A DNA stretch of 63,666 nucleotides, counting the filler, from Lenisia limosa (taxonomy: Eukaryota; Protista; Breviatea): assembly GCA_001655205.1 (NCBI GenBank). It is 15 parts of 15 records of this genome, joined end to end, with 100 filler letters (N's around TTAATTAATTAA, not from the genome) between each part and the next. Parts side by side here need not be neighbours in the genome. Positions count along the whole stretch, not along the records: positions 50,601 to 52,617 come from LPNZ01000421.1; positions 52,718 to 53,964 come from LPNZ01005526.1; positions 54,065 to 56,893 come from LPNZ01002468.1; positions 56,994 to 60,630 come from LPNZ01004081.1; positions 60,731 to 62,344 come from LPNZ01003889.1; 10 more parts are not named here. The stretch is one strand, 5' to 3'. The stretch's first letter is position 1; the number at the start of each line of letters is the position of its first letter. The notes under the pieces are model-generated. The model was not told the origin of the DNA. It saw only the letters and a list, made by a program, of their open reading frames with translations, and did not search any database. Both the position numbers and the translations under genes were made by a program. Shown one piece after another: positions 50,731 to 61,629 of the stretch.

Positions 50731-51734
50731 CTTGTGTCCTTTCATTTCAGCACGTTTGGAAATCTGTCCTGTTGTACTCACACTAAAAATATCAGATAAT
50801 ACCACCCACCTTCACTCCCAACAACTTGGGCTTCACTTCGGTTCGAAAAAGACCGTTAAAATACCGATAGTTTTCGAGGACGGGAAATTCAGAATTTTAT
50901 CAAACCGAAGTGAAGCCCCCTATAAAACAGAATATGAATATCAGCTATGAAGTAAAGTACCAAGACTAGGGCTTCAATTCGTTTCAAAATAATACCAGTG
51001 AAATATCGATAATTATCGAGGATTTATCGAGAAATTCAGTTTATTTCGAACCGAAGTGAAGCCCTAACTCCCCACTGGAAGATGGTTATTGCCCCATCAA
51101 ATGTTCCAACAAAGACCCGTCGGCCGATCGGGTCCATAGCCAGGCTGGTTGCGTAGGCTTTGTTAACCTAAATGCGGTTATTATCGCTGACATGATGAAA
51201 TGATGATTTTTATGGGCTTTTCCTCCGGTTCTCTATATTACTTTATTGAAGAAATTAATTGATAAAAAACATAAAATCAAAATTTCTGAAAAATTGTTCT
51301 CGTTACAGGAATAGCTATAATATACCATTTTAAAACTAATATGTAGGGCTTCCCTACGGTTCCCAAAAAGATTGAATTCTGGATAAGTCCTCGATAAATG
51401 TCGATATTTTCACGGTCTTTTTCGTACCGCAGGGAAGCCATATTATTATTTTATTGATTTCTCAATTAGTCCTTGAGAGCATTATTTACCTTTATTGACG
51501 ACATGATGTTCTTTGAAGGACAATTGACCGCCAGAGTTCGGTCGTAGCTAAAGGCATGAGAGATGAAACAAATGAGTTTATTTATTCACATCATACATAT
51601 GCAGTGGTTAATAAAAATTAAAATAAATTACTGTTTCTTTTTAGAGCCCAAAGAAATGCCTTGTGCATACCTGCATGAAATGACCAAGTTACATTCGTCG
51701 TCATAGAGAATGCTTGAAACTCTATTACTGTGTC
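50731..51734 (-). CDS. WD40-repeat protein (WDFY1/2-like), internal exons
   Basis: GHSNRVSSILYDDECNLVISC|SYDRTLAVNCPSKNI, LAMDPIGRRVFVGTFDGAITIF|HVSTTGQISKRAEMKGHK. Confidence 0.65.
50826..50920. mobile_element. hAT MITE family A
   Basis: TTGGGCTTCACTTCGGTTCGAAAAAGACCG..AAACCGAAGTGAAGCCCCC; TSD not evident. Confidence 0.85.
50967..51066. mobile_element. hAT MITE family A
   Basis: TAGGGCTTCAATTCG..CGAACCGAAGTGAAGCCCTA; 46 bp from the previous copy, in the same intron. Confidence 0.85.
51344..51442. mobile_element. hAT MITE family A, CTTCCCT variant
   Basis: TAGGGCTTCCCTACGGT..ACCGCAGGGAAGCCATA. Confidence 0.8.
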
Positions 51735-51913
51735 CTGAGGTGTTAAATTCTATAAAAATCCTGATATGAAACAAATTTTTTGTTTCATTGTCCTGTACAC
51801 CTTACAATGTCATGTTGTGGCCAACCTTGAACAATAACCCAATAACCCCATTGCATTCACATAGTATAGATAATGTAGCGGTGAAAACAAAATAAAAACA
51901 AAAAAAAAACATG

Positions 51914-51962
51914 GTTGTATCTGGCCAAAGCCGTCCACACCATCACGCTTTTAAGAGATATT
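51914..51962 (-). repeat. Family U repeat
   Basis: Plus strand gttgtatctggccaaagccgtccacaccatcacgcttttaagagatatt is the reverse complement of the core. Confidence 0.85.
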
Positions 51963-52511
51963 CATGGATAATACTTAAGTTTACTCAAACCATGGTTGTT
52001 ACTCTTGTGTTCACAAACCATGGATTGGCTGGCCTTCCAATAGAGTCTTTTTAACAAGATTGAGCTTGAAAGGCTGAAAGTTGTTATAACTTATACTATG
52101 TTTTATATGGCATAATATATCATATAGTATGTGAATTTATTAAAAAAATATCGTGTATTATTATATGATATATGATCATATACTTTATCATATACTTTTA
52201 TAATGTGACACCCCCAACTCCCACCAAAATGACGCCATTTGAGAGTCCTATGAAGACTTGGCTGTGTGTGGAGTCCAGACAGAAACAGTGTGGTTTATGG
52301 GGGAGTCTACAGCATAAAAGAGTGAAAAGTGACATAACGTTGAAAAGAAATTATCTGAAACTTTGTGTAATTGTTTGTTTGAGGACATAAATTGACAAAA
52401 TTTAAAGATTTAGTGACAAAAATACTGTTTCCTTTACAATAGTATATCATCCCACATCAAAATTCAAAATGAATTTCCAATCTTTGCATAAAAGAGAAAT
52501 AAAACCAGATT

Positions 52512-52617
52512 TTATCTGGCCGAAGCCTTCACATCATCACCCTTATAAGAGATATTGGTTATATATAGAGAGATATTGAATTGTATAGCAATGAGAAATA
52601 AAAAATAAGGTTGTATC
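52512..52617 (-). repeat. Two adjacent family U pieces
   Basis: ttatctggccgaagccttcacatcatcacccttataagagatattgg, then tatagcaatgagaaataaaaaataaggttgtatc running into the scaffold end. Confidence 0.8.
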
Positions 52618-53793
52618 NNNNNNNNNNNNNNNNNNNNNNNNNNNNNNNNNNNNNNNNNNNNTTAATTAATTAANNNNNNNNNNNNNNNNNNNNNNNNNNN
52701 NNNNNNNNNNNNNNNNNAACACACGAGAATTAATAACAATAAAACAAATTCTCTCTCTTTCTCTCTTTTTCTCTCTCTCTCAAAAAACCCCCCTTTCCAC
52801 CCCCGGGTACACCTCACCTTCTCCAGGGCGATTTCAGTAGCCTTGACACCTGCAGAAAAACCGGGCCGGCTGTCCTTATCGTTGATCAGCGCCGAGCCAT
52901 GGACAAATGCGCTGGGGGGGGGGGGTAAAACGAAGGAAATTTNNNNNNNNNNNNNNNNNNNNNNNNNNNNNNNNNNNNNNNNNNNNNNNNNNNNNNNNNN
53001 NNNNNNNNNNNNNNNNNNNNNNNNNNNNNNNNNNNNNNNNNNNNNNNNNNNNNNNNNNNNNNNNNNNNNNNNNNNNNNNNNNNNNNNNNNNNNNNNNNNN
53101 NNNNNNNNNNNNNNNNNNNNNNNNNNNNNNNNNNNNNNNNNNNGAGCAACCAACCAACGCTAAAACTAGACAAAAGCCAGATGACAAAAGCCAGATGACA
53201 AAAACAAGCCAGAACTAGTATTTGTAAAATTGGAAATATAATGAAATAAAAAAAAGGTGCACAATCAACTCAGTAATGACAACCCACGAGGGTTGAGTAA
53301 CCCCAACCTGTGGGGGTTATACCCCTTAATATTTTTTATATACTATAGGTGTATATACATGTATATCGAATATTGTATAAGCATAGGATATCATATAACC
53401 CCCCCCCCCAACCTGTGGGGGTTATACACGGCCCATACTGCCGCGGCCGGGGAGCCAATAAAGCCTTTTTCGGTCATTACGCCGCCGCTTGATGTTCCAC
53501 CTGGGGGAGGGGGGGGGGTGAAACTCGTAATATCGTTATCAAAAGATCGTAATATCTTGTCGCATCGTAGAAATTGTATATAAAGACCAGAGCTATCAAA
53601 CTAAAGAAAATGATGAAAATATCAGAACCATAAAAGAACTAACCGGCAATAAGAGCATCCGGGAAGAGCTCCTTCAGCTTCCCAAGGAATGTGTGTGCCT
53701 CATCACAAACCTAAATTCGTAAAATTCAACAAATCAAACATGGAACATACCAGTCAATACATAGCCATATAACACATTTCTAAGTGATATTGC

Positions 53794-53879
53794 TAGGGCT
53801 TCCATACGGTCCCAAAAAGACTGAATTTGTCGAATAATACCGATATTTTACCGGTCTTTTTCGGACCGCGGAAGCCCGG
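53794..53879. mobile_element. hAT MITE family A, variant TIR
   Basis: TAGGGCTTCCATACGGTCC..GGACCGCGGAAGCCCGG; TSD GATATTGC/TATATTGC (7/8). Confidence 0.85.
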
Positions 53880-55739
53880 TATATTGCCTCCACACCCACG
53901 GTGGTGTAGCACATGACTAGGTGCGGAGGATTGCCGGAAATGAAGCTTTCCAGCTCGTCCCTGANNNNNNNNNNNNNNNNNNNNNNNNNNNNNNNNNNNN
54001 NNNNNNNNTTAATTAATTAANNNNNNNNNNNNNNNNNNNNNNNNNNNNNNNNNNNNNNNNNNNNAGATAACACAACGTATCAAAGAGTTACGAGATTGAT
54101 AATAATAATTTACGAATATAAAGGATTGGGCGTGTCTGGTCCGTCCAATACAATTACAACTCTTTTCTGGTGCTCATACCTTTAACAGTAATATCAACAA
54201 GATGTGTCTGGGACGGAGAGCGTAGGAGAGGGCAGGAATCAAGCAGGGCGGTAAGATCTGATCTTCGGTAAAACTGACTATTTGGAGCTTGAGTTTGTTC
54301 TTTATATTAGTCTTCACTGCGATAATTTACAAATTTAAAACTTTATCTGGTGTCTTTTTATCATTTTCCGCTGACCAATTTGTTTTTATATGTAAAAAGT
54401 GAGCAGAAATTGAATCCTTACTTTTTTGAAGCTGTAATTCCAACAAACGTTCCCGTGCCGGCCCGGGACCCTTCAGGCAAAAAGTAACACGGGCCGTATT
54501 GACCCAGAGCTGGGAAAGAAAACGGGTGGGAAAACGGGAACGCAAACGCAACCACGGCAAAGCAGCAGACCAGGCAGACTAAGAAGAGAGGTGGGAAGTA
54601 AAATGCTGTGTGGTGCTGGGAGGGAGGTGGGGGATGATCATTTGTTTACAGACGACACTCGATAGCGTTTACGTTTGTTTATCCGAATCACCATTCCAGG
54701 ATTCCGCTCTCTGATTTGGGAATGCGGCGAGGCCGTCCTCTCCGGCCAAGGGGGAAACCAGCGCATGGGCATGGAGGTATGTTGGAGGATATAATGCTTC
54801 TTTGAGATCAGCAACTTCAGCTTCTTTAATCATGTAGAATAAATGGTTCCATGGCATAGATGTATTTTCTTTTCAATTTTCTGGGAGGGGGTGGGAGTAC
54901 TGGATTAGATGTACATTTCAAATTTACGGGATAATATATAACATGAAATGAAAGTGAACAGAATGAATCAGAATGGTTCATTTTGTATTTGAGAGTGGAC
55001 TCGTCTATTATCAATGGACTTACCGATCCTTACTCTGGAACAAGTTCATGGTAATAGGGTGTACACAACATATTAACTCTTGAAATATGAAAGATAAGTT
55101 ACATTTCAATCCCGGGATTGGAAACAGCAGCTTATCGAACCCATATCTAAGAGTGATTATTTGTTTGACATTTTGCTAAATTCTTCAAAAAGACAACAAA
55201 AAAAGGAAGTGACAAAAATCATGGCTATATATACGATATTTGGCAAACCTTGTGGATAGTGTTCTGAGAGGTGAACGCATAGTCGTCGCATTCGAATCTT
55301 AAACGTCAATTGATTGTAGTTATAGAAGTGATTGTAGACATCGTATTGGAGCGATAAGGAACACCATGGATACCTTTGGTTGACGCCGCTAATTGAACCG
55401 AAGTGAAAATGGGCCACTGAAGGCTTATAGAAATTGTGGAAGAAGAGGGGGTCATTTCCTTCCACTGTAGCTGACGCTGTTGCACCTATGTTGGTGGGAG
55501 GTTAAATGGGAGCGTGATACTGGTATACTGGAGTACACTACAACAACGGGAGGGTTTCTCTTGGTAATCACGATATAGGGTGTTCTTTAATCAATCCATA
55601 GAGGTGGGGGGAGTCATTAATAAGTCAATAACTGGTGCCCATTGCTTCCCTCAAATTTTTTTATATTTTTCTTTGCAGATTATGAAAAACCCAAATTTTC
55701 AATAAGAAACCCATTTGTAATGAAATGTAATAATTTCGA

Positions 55740-55826
55740 CTTCACTTCAGTTCACAAAAAAAGACTAAATTTCTCGATAAATCCTCGAAACTATCGATAT
55801 CTTACGGTCTTTTTCGACCGAAGTGA
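55740..55826. mobile_element. hAT MITE family A, both tips eroded
   Basis: cttcacttcagttcacaaaaaaagactaaatttctcgataaatcctcgaaactatcgatat..tcgaccgaagtga. Confidence 0.8.
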
Positions 55827-57544
55827 TGAGACAAGTCCTTTACAGTTTTGTCAGAATGTAGGAAGTGCATTATTTCTGTTTGGCTCCGGAATATTCGAAC
55901 AGGTGTAAAAACACTGATTTGATTTGATTTAGCGTCCGAGGAAATTTTAAACTTTATTGGTCAAGATTATCTATGATAACCACTACAATACGGTGGATCA
56001 ACTTGAATCCCAATATTTGCAAAAGAATCCCAAGTCAATGAGCCATAGTATATATTAGTAGTAGTATATTATTTATAGTAGTAGCTATATCATATTCTCA
56101 AACAAACCCTGCAAACCTTGTGGAATATTGATAGCAGTGTGGTCACCATAGAGAGTGTACTAAAATTGTGAACGAAACTGAATACTCCAGGTCCCCACCT
56201 CTGAGCAAAATAGGAAATAATTTCCAAATATTACTGGTAAAAGAACTCTGTGTTTCCATCATTATACTAGTTATATATGCACATGTATATGTAGCTATTT
56301 GTATGTGTAAACCTACGGTGAGTGAAGCGCATGATGTAGCTGTTTGGCTCTTCAGGAAGCACAGACAACTGGTGTCTTTTGTCTTGAAGTTGACAACTTT
56401 GTTGTTGGTTGACTAGAAGGGTTAGGTCCAGCAAACTAATATATACATGTATCTATTTCAAAGACGAATAAATTATACACTGCTCCACAAACTGTGCAAT
56501 AGAAACGCATTTCCGAGAAGGCTAAGGAGTTCAACGTCTCCCGTGCGATGTATCCGTCATAATTGCTGTATTCAGTGGAGTTTCCTAAATACTTAGATTC
56601 TTAATGCAAACATATGGGATAAAGTCTCCCCAATTCACCCAAATAAAGATCTTTGTTCATAGGAAGGTAGGTGTCCAGCCTGAAGGATAAACCGAATTAA
56701 AATGTGATATGATTTGAACGTCAAGAACAAAATATGTAACCACCTTTGGCAGGATTAAAAATTGTCAATATTTCCAAAGAGATATTTAAATCCCCATAAA
56801 ATCCCCGAAAATCTTGGCCTCATACCCACGCCAAGTGTTTTATTTCCCCTTGTAATTGCAATTGTGATTTTCAAAATCCAATATAATATCATANNNNNNN
56901 NNNNNNNNNNNNNNNNNNNNNNNNNNNNNNNNNNNNNTTAATTAATTAANNNNNNNNNNNNNNNNNNNNNNNNNNNNNNNNNNNNNNNNNNNNCTAAGTC
57001 CGGGTCAGCTACTTTGTTGGTTGTGTAAGACGACGCAATCGCTAAGGTATGTCCAAGTTCGTAAGCGTTAATCGAACTTCGTGGGATTGTGATAACCTTG
57101 GTGTAGACTGAAAAGTTGAAAACTGTGACAAAAAGCTAAATGCGCACGTTCCGGGACATCTTTACCCCCCCCCCCTTTTTTTTTGCCNNNNNNNNNNNNN
57201 NNNNNNNNNNNNNNNNNNNNNNNNNNNNNNNNNNNCATCATCACTACAATTGCACCATAACAAAAACACATAGCCCTCTGCTAAGTCCGAATCAAAAATA
57301 TGTACAATATCATGGAATTATAGTTATTTTACATTACTTGTTTCTGTTCTTCCATATTCTTTTAACAGTTACAGGCTATAATCCAATATCTCTTCAGCGT
57401 GGTGTGAAGCTTCAACCAGCTACAACCTATTTTTATTTCGCACTTCTGCATAATTCTTCACTAAAGGAGCACGGGTTGAGATTGTATCAAGTCATCAGTA
57501 TCAAATCAAGTCAGAGAATAGAGGCAGAATTTTGTGCCTTGTGC

Positions 57545-59991
57545 TTAGGCCTGTCGCTGCTCCACGAGAACTACAATGTTAGAAGTAGATGACCAAAGTA
57601 TGAGAATTATGATGTCAGTTGTGGAGGCACGTAGAAAGCTATGTGCACAGAGTGGAAGGAATGGCTGAGGAGGCACTTATACAAGTATACAATGTCGGAA
57701 GTCCATACCCCCCAACCAATATGCCATCCATGGGGGGATTTGAAGGGCTGAGAAGGGACATTCAAGGGTTGCTTGAAGGCGACTTCTGAGAATGCCTGTG
57801 GGGGATTGGTATTGCGTATGTATGTGTGTAATAGTACATGCATATGATTATATATACATAAATAAAAATATATATATAATTATGTAATGTACGTATGTAT
57901 GTATGGGTGTGTGTGTATGAATGAATGTGCCTGCGTGCGTGTGTGTATGTGTGTATGTATTATGTATATACCTGTGTGTGAGTAAGGAGGAGGGGGTGAG
58001 TAATATTTCAACCGATTTAAAATGCCTGTGGAGGGCCATCCACTCCACAAAACATAGCACACCCATCTTTTGCATAAAAATCGTACCTCCCCCCTACTCC
58101 ACAAAGGTCCTGACGGGTTTTCCATCCAAGGTTGCCACCATCCCTAAAAACCATTATGATCAATCCTAATTTCAATAGAGACTTCCTAGTTTCAATAGAG
58201 ACTTTGCCACTTATGGTCCTAGTTTCAATAGAGACTTTGCCCTTTATGGTCCTAGTTTCAATAGAGGCTTTACTCTTTATGGTCCTAGTTTCAATAGAGG
58301 CTTTACTCTTTATGGTCCTAGTTTCAATACTTTACTGCAAAAAAGGTTCTGCGTTGGGGAGTATTTATAGAACTCCGTGCAATTAGTTATACGAAATAAA
58401 TAACAGAATTCCAAAATAAAGTGTCAACAGTGGTTTCAATAAGTCGCACTTCAAATTTGAAAATTAATTTCTCAAATGTACATGGACTCCAAGTATTTAT
58501 TTCATAGAATTTCATCTTCGATTCCAAGAGACTTATTGTTACAATAATTACCAGGACTCAGTGTCTTATTATTTGAAGAAATTAACTGACAAAATTTGAA
58601 TGGGGTTCCCATGACAGTAGGTCCCACTTCAAATTTTGAAATCATTTTTACAATTAATTGCACAGAGCCCTCATAATAACCAATGTTATTGAATTAATAA
58701 CCCACCTGGCCTTGTCTTCTGACATCTTCATCGCAACATCACGGAACTTCATAGGGGCGTTTTCTTCGTCACCTTAACGAATGAAATAATCTAAAAAAGA
58801 AAAGATTGCAAGAGATATGATCACAATCTATTTGGTGGTTCTATTGAGCGGGGAATAGCTTCTAAAGGTGAAATGTATTGACAATATCAATATTACACAT
58901 CAAAAACCTCAATATCTCTTATAAGCGTGATGGTGTGGAANNNNNNNNNNNNNNNNNNNNNNNNNNNNNNNNNNNNNTATTTTTCATTGCTATATATACT
59001 GAATCTCTTGATATGATATGCGTAGGGACCTGCGCCCCAAAAATAACACTGAATTTCTCGATAAATGTCGATATTGTACCGGTCTTTTTCGGACCTTAGG
59101 GAAGCCCTGAATATAAATGATAGAGCCAGTTCTTCCCTGCCATGAAACTATAGGAACTTTATAAGTGTAATTGAGATTTATATGTGTCTTTAGCTCAAAT
59201 ACATGATAAAAGTGGGATTGTGATGATTAATGAATGATAAAAGAGAGAATGAAGGAGTGCTCCCAAGCCAAATGGGATGATCAGTGATAGACATCCGAAT
59301 GCGAAATCACTCGCTAAATGGTGCTTTACTAGATACTATTAAAACTTCACTTTAGGTTCCAAAAGACGTACAAAATCTGATTTATCGTGAATTCAGTCTT
59401 TTTTGGAACAGAAAGTGGGGGTTAAGACGGGAATGCCTAGAACCCCGTGCCACTAATTTTTGAAAAACTTTTGAAATGAAAGTATCTGAAAAGGGGTTCT
59501 TGTTACAAACTAGGTCCCACTTCAAAATTCTCCATGGAGTCCTATAAATTACGATCGGCTTTTTTTATAAAAAAAGAATACTTTTGCACTAATCGTGGTT
59601 TTAATCATAGAAACCACCACGGACCTTCAATCATTTTCTTGGCTTCAAGGATCTTGCCGTTCTTCTCACAGAGAATGTGTCTGCGTAATGAGAGAAATGA
59701 AGACTATCAAGAGGTGTTAGTGTGCTGCAACATGCATATTAGCAACTTATGATCTTGCCTATTTAGGGGAAAGACAGATAGGTGACGGAAGACACAGGTT
59801 TCATACCTGACTTTGATCTTGTTGCAAGTTCCACTGACCTGAGGGGTGAAATACTATAGTTTTTCAAGCCTACAAACCTCAGTATCAGCACCCTTCTTGC
59901 CACGGCCCTTTCCTTTGCTTGCGTCACCACCCTTGGCACCACCTTTCGCGGCCCCCTTTCCCTTATCTCCTCCTGCCTTCTTCGGTGCCAT
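57545..59991 (-). CDS. PIN4: Parvulin-type PPIase PIN4/Par14, complete, 7 exons, about 139 aa
   Basis: MAPKKAGGDKGKG..KKGADTE|VSGTCNKIKVR|HILCEKNGKILEAKKMIE|GDEENAPMKFRDVAMKMSEDKAR|DGGNLGWKTRQDLCG|AFSEVAFKQPLNVPSQPFKSPHGWHI|VLVEQRQA-TAA. All phases are consistent; basic N-tail plus VRHILCEK, SEDKAR, GGxLGW and GxHI motifs. Confidence 0.93.
57840..57980. repeat. Compound (TA)n/(TG)n/(TATG)n microsatellite in a PIN4 intron
   Basis: Directly visible dinucleotide and tetranucleotide runs. Confidence 0.85.
58165..58329. repeat. 33-bp minisatellite (x4 plus partial units) in a PIN4 intron
   Basis: cctagtttcaatagag.. units start at 58185, 58218, 58251, 58284 and 58317, with a 20-bp partial unit at 58165. 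Confidence 0.95.
58368..58672. mobile_element. hAT MITE family B, long form
   Basis: TAGAACTCCGTGCAATTAGTT..AATTAATTGCACAGAGCCCTC; core ggggttcccatgacagtaggtcccacttcaaa. Confidence 0.7.
58910..58995 (+). repeat. Family U repeat spanning a gap
   Basis: caatatctcttataagcgtgatggtgtgga [N] tatttttcattgcta. Confidence 0.75.
59023..59109. mobile_element. hAT MITE family A, variant TIR
   Basis: TAGGGACC..gaatttctcgataaatgtcgatattgtaccggtctttttcggaccttagggAAGCCCTG. Confidence 0.8.
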
Positions 59992-61230
59992 AGTTCTAAG
60001 AGTTGTTGTTTGATTGTTTGATTTCTGGAGAAAGTGAAAACTGAGTATATATATTTCGAATTATTTCGATTTCACTCGACCGTTTTAACCAACCTCATTC
60101 GGAAGCTTTTTAATTGATGTTGATGCCTATAAACTGATAAGTGTTGATAAATATACCGTTTATACGGATTGACCATTGTACCGAAATAAATAAGCACACA
60201 ATTCTTATTGTTGCTGCTCCTTGTCGCTTTTGCAATCAACTTCGGATCAGAAGCTCCTGTAGCGTCGTAAGTCTCCTCCCTTTCATGGTTGGTTTTTTGT
60301 ATGTGCAACGAGACAAAAAAACAAAATAAAACTAGAACCCCTTCGTTTCCCCAATATCGAATTGTTTGGCTCACCCTCAATGTTGCCCTATCTTGTCTCC
60401 TTGCTCCTTGGTCTCTCTCTCGGTATTTGTATATTATTATTCAGTTGTAGTTAAGCTGAAGCCGAGGAGGAGAGCTATAGTATAGTAGGCAGAAATCTGA
60501 GTAATCCGATAACCTGAACACTTTGCCCTTCCACGCTGCTTCCACGGGTCGTTCTTGATTATAATAATACTTTCTAGTTGTTTCGCTACTTCTTAGCCGG
60601 TTTTTGGAAGTTCCGTGCTTTTCTGCTTCTNNNNNNNNNNNNNNNNNNNNNNNNNNNNNNNNNNNNNNNNNNNNTTAATTAATTAANNNNNNNNNNNNNN
60701 NNNNNNNNNNNNNNNNNNNNNNNNNNNNNNTGACGTGGTACTTTGGAGTGTCCGGTGAATTTCTACAGAAGTAGTGGGGATCTAAAGCGCATGAGTTCAC
60801 GAATGTAGAGATGAAAACTTGGGTTTCTGGCCGAAGCAATGGAGGTATTACAAGAAGACTTTCTGTTCTTAGAGCTGAGAAATACAACACGTGGGTATCT
60901 GGCCGAAGACGTCCGCTCGATTACTTTGTTTTTGTATGAGTATGAGTGTACTGTAATTTCCTTAATCTTTTTCATCTTGGTAATTAAATACAATCAGAGA
61001 TGAGAAATACAACATGTGGGTTCTGGCCGAAGCCGTCCACTCCACACTGATAGAGATATTAGAAATATTATGGATAAGCTGTCAAAAAGTATCACATCCC
61101 CCATTCACTCTTGAATCAAAATAAACCCAGGCATACTCGAGATATATTGTGTGCTTTCAAGGAGAATCGAAACGCTGAATGGTGAAAATTGTTTGAGAGT
61201 AAAAGAGGGTATCATCATATGTACTTTGAT

Positions 61231-61329
61231 CAGGGCTTCATTTCGGTTCAAAAAGACCGGTAAAATATCGATAGTTTTCGAAGATTTATCGACATATTAA
61301 GTATTTTTTCGAACCGAATTGAAGCCCAA
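61231..61329. mobile_element. hAT MITE family A
   Basis: CAGGGCTTCATTTCGGTTC..GAACCGAATTGAAGCCCAA. Further partial copies lie at about 42575-42621, 48655-48695, 59344-59405 and 61402-61446. Confidence 0.85.
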
Positions 61330-61501
61330 GTTGTGTGCATTCAATCAATTCAAATGACCCATTCAACATCCAGACCTTTGTGATCTTAGTTTCAATAGAG
61401 AGTTTATCGATAAATTCATTTTTTTTAGAACCAAAGTGAAGCCCTACTAATAATATACAATAACAATACTGGTACGAATATGAGCTTCTCTGAAAAATAA
61501 T

Positions 61502-61590
61502 TAGGGCTCCGTGCAAATAATTGAAAAATTTCAAACACTTTAATTTCAATTTTGTCAATAAATTTTCAAAATTAGTTGCACGGAGCACTA
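61502..61590. mobile_element. hAT MITE family B, short form
   Basis: TAGGGCTCCGTGCAA..TTGCACGGAGCACTA; TSD AAAATAAT/AAATTGAT (6/8). Confidence 0.8.
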
Positions 61591-61629
61591 AAATTGATTA
61601 AGAATGGTGATTCACAACAATGAAGCCCC

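Noticed and set aside
58165-58329. CRISPR-like array (GTTTCAATA-containing repeats)
   Set aside because: Units are head-to-tail with near-identical 'spacers', inside a spliceosomal intron of a eukaryotic gene, with no cas genes. It is a minisatellite. The 58132-58386 ORF is only its 11-codon periodicity.
61501-61507. TTAGGG telomeric seeds (also 8203 and others)
   Set aside because: Single occurrences formed by a flanking T plus the TAGGG MITE terminus; no tandem array.
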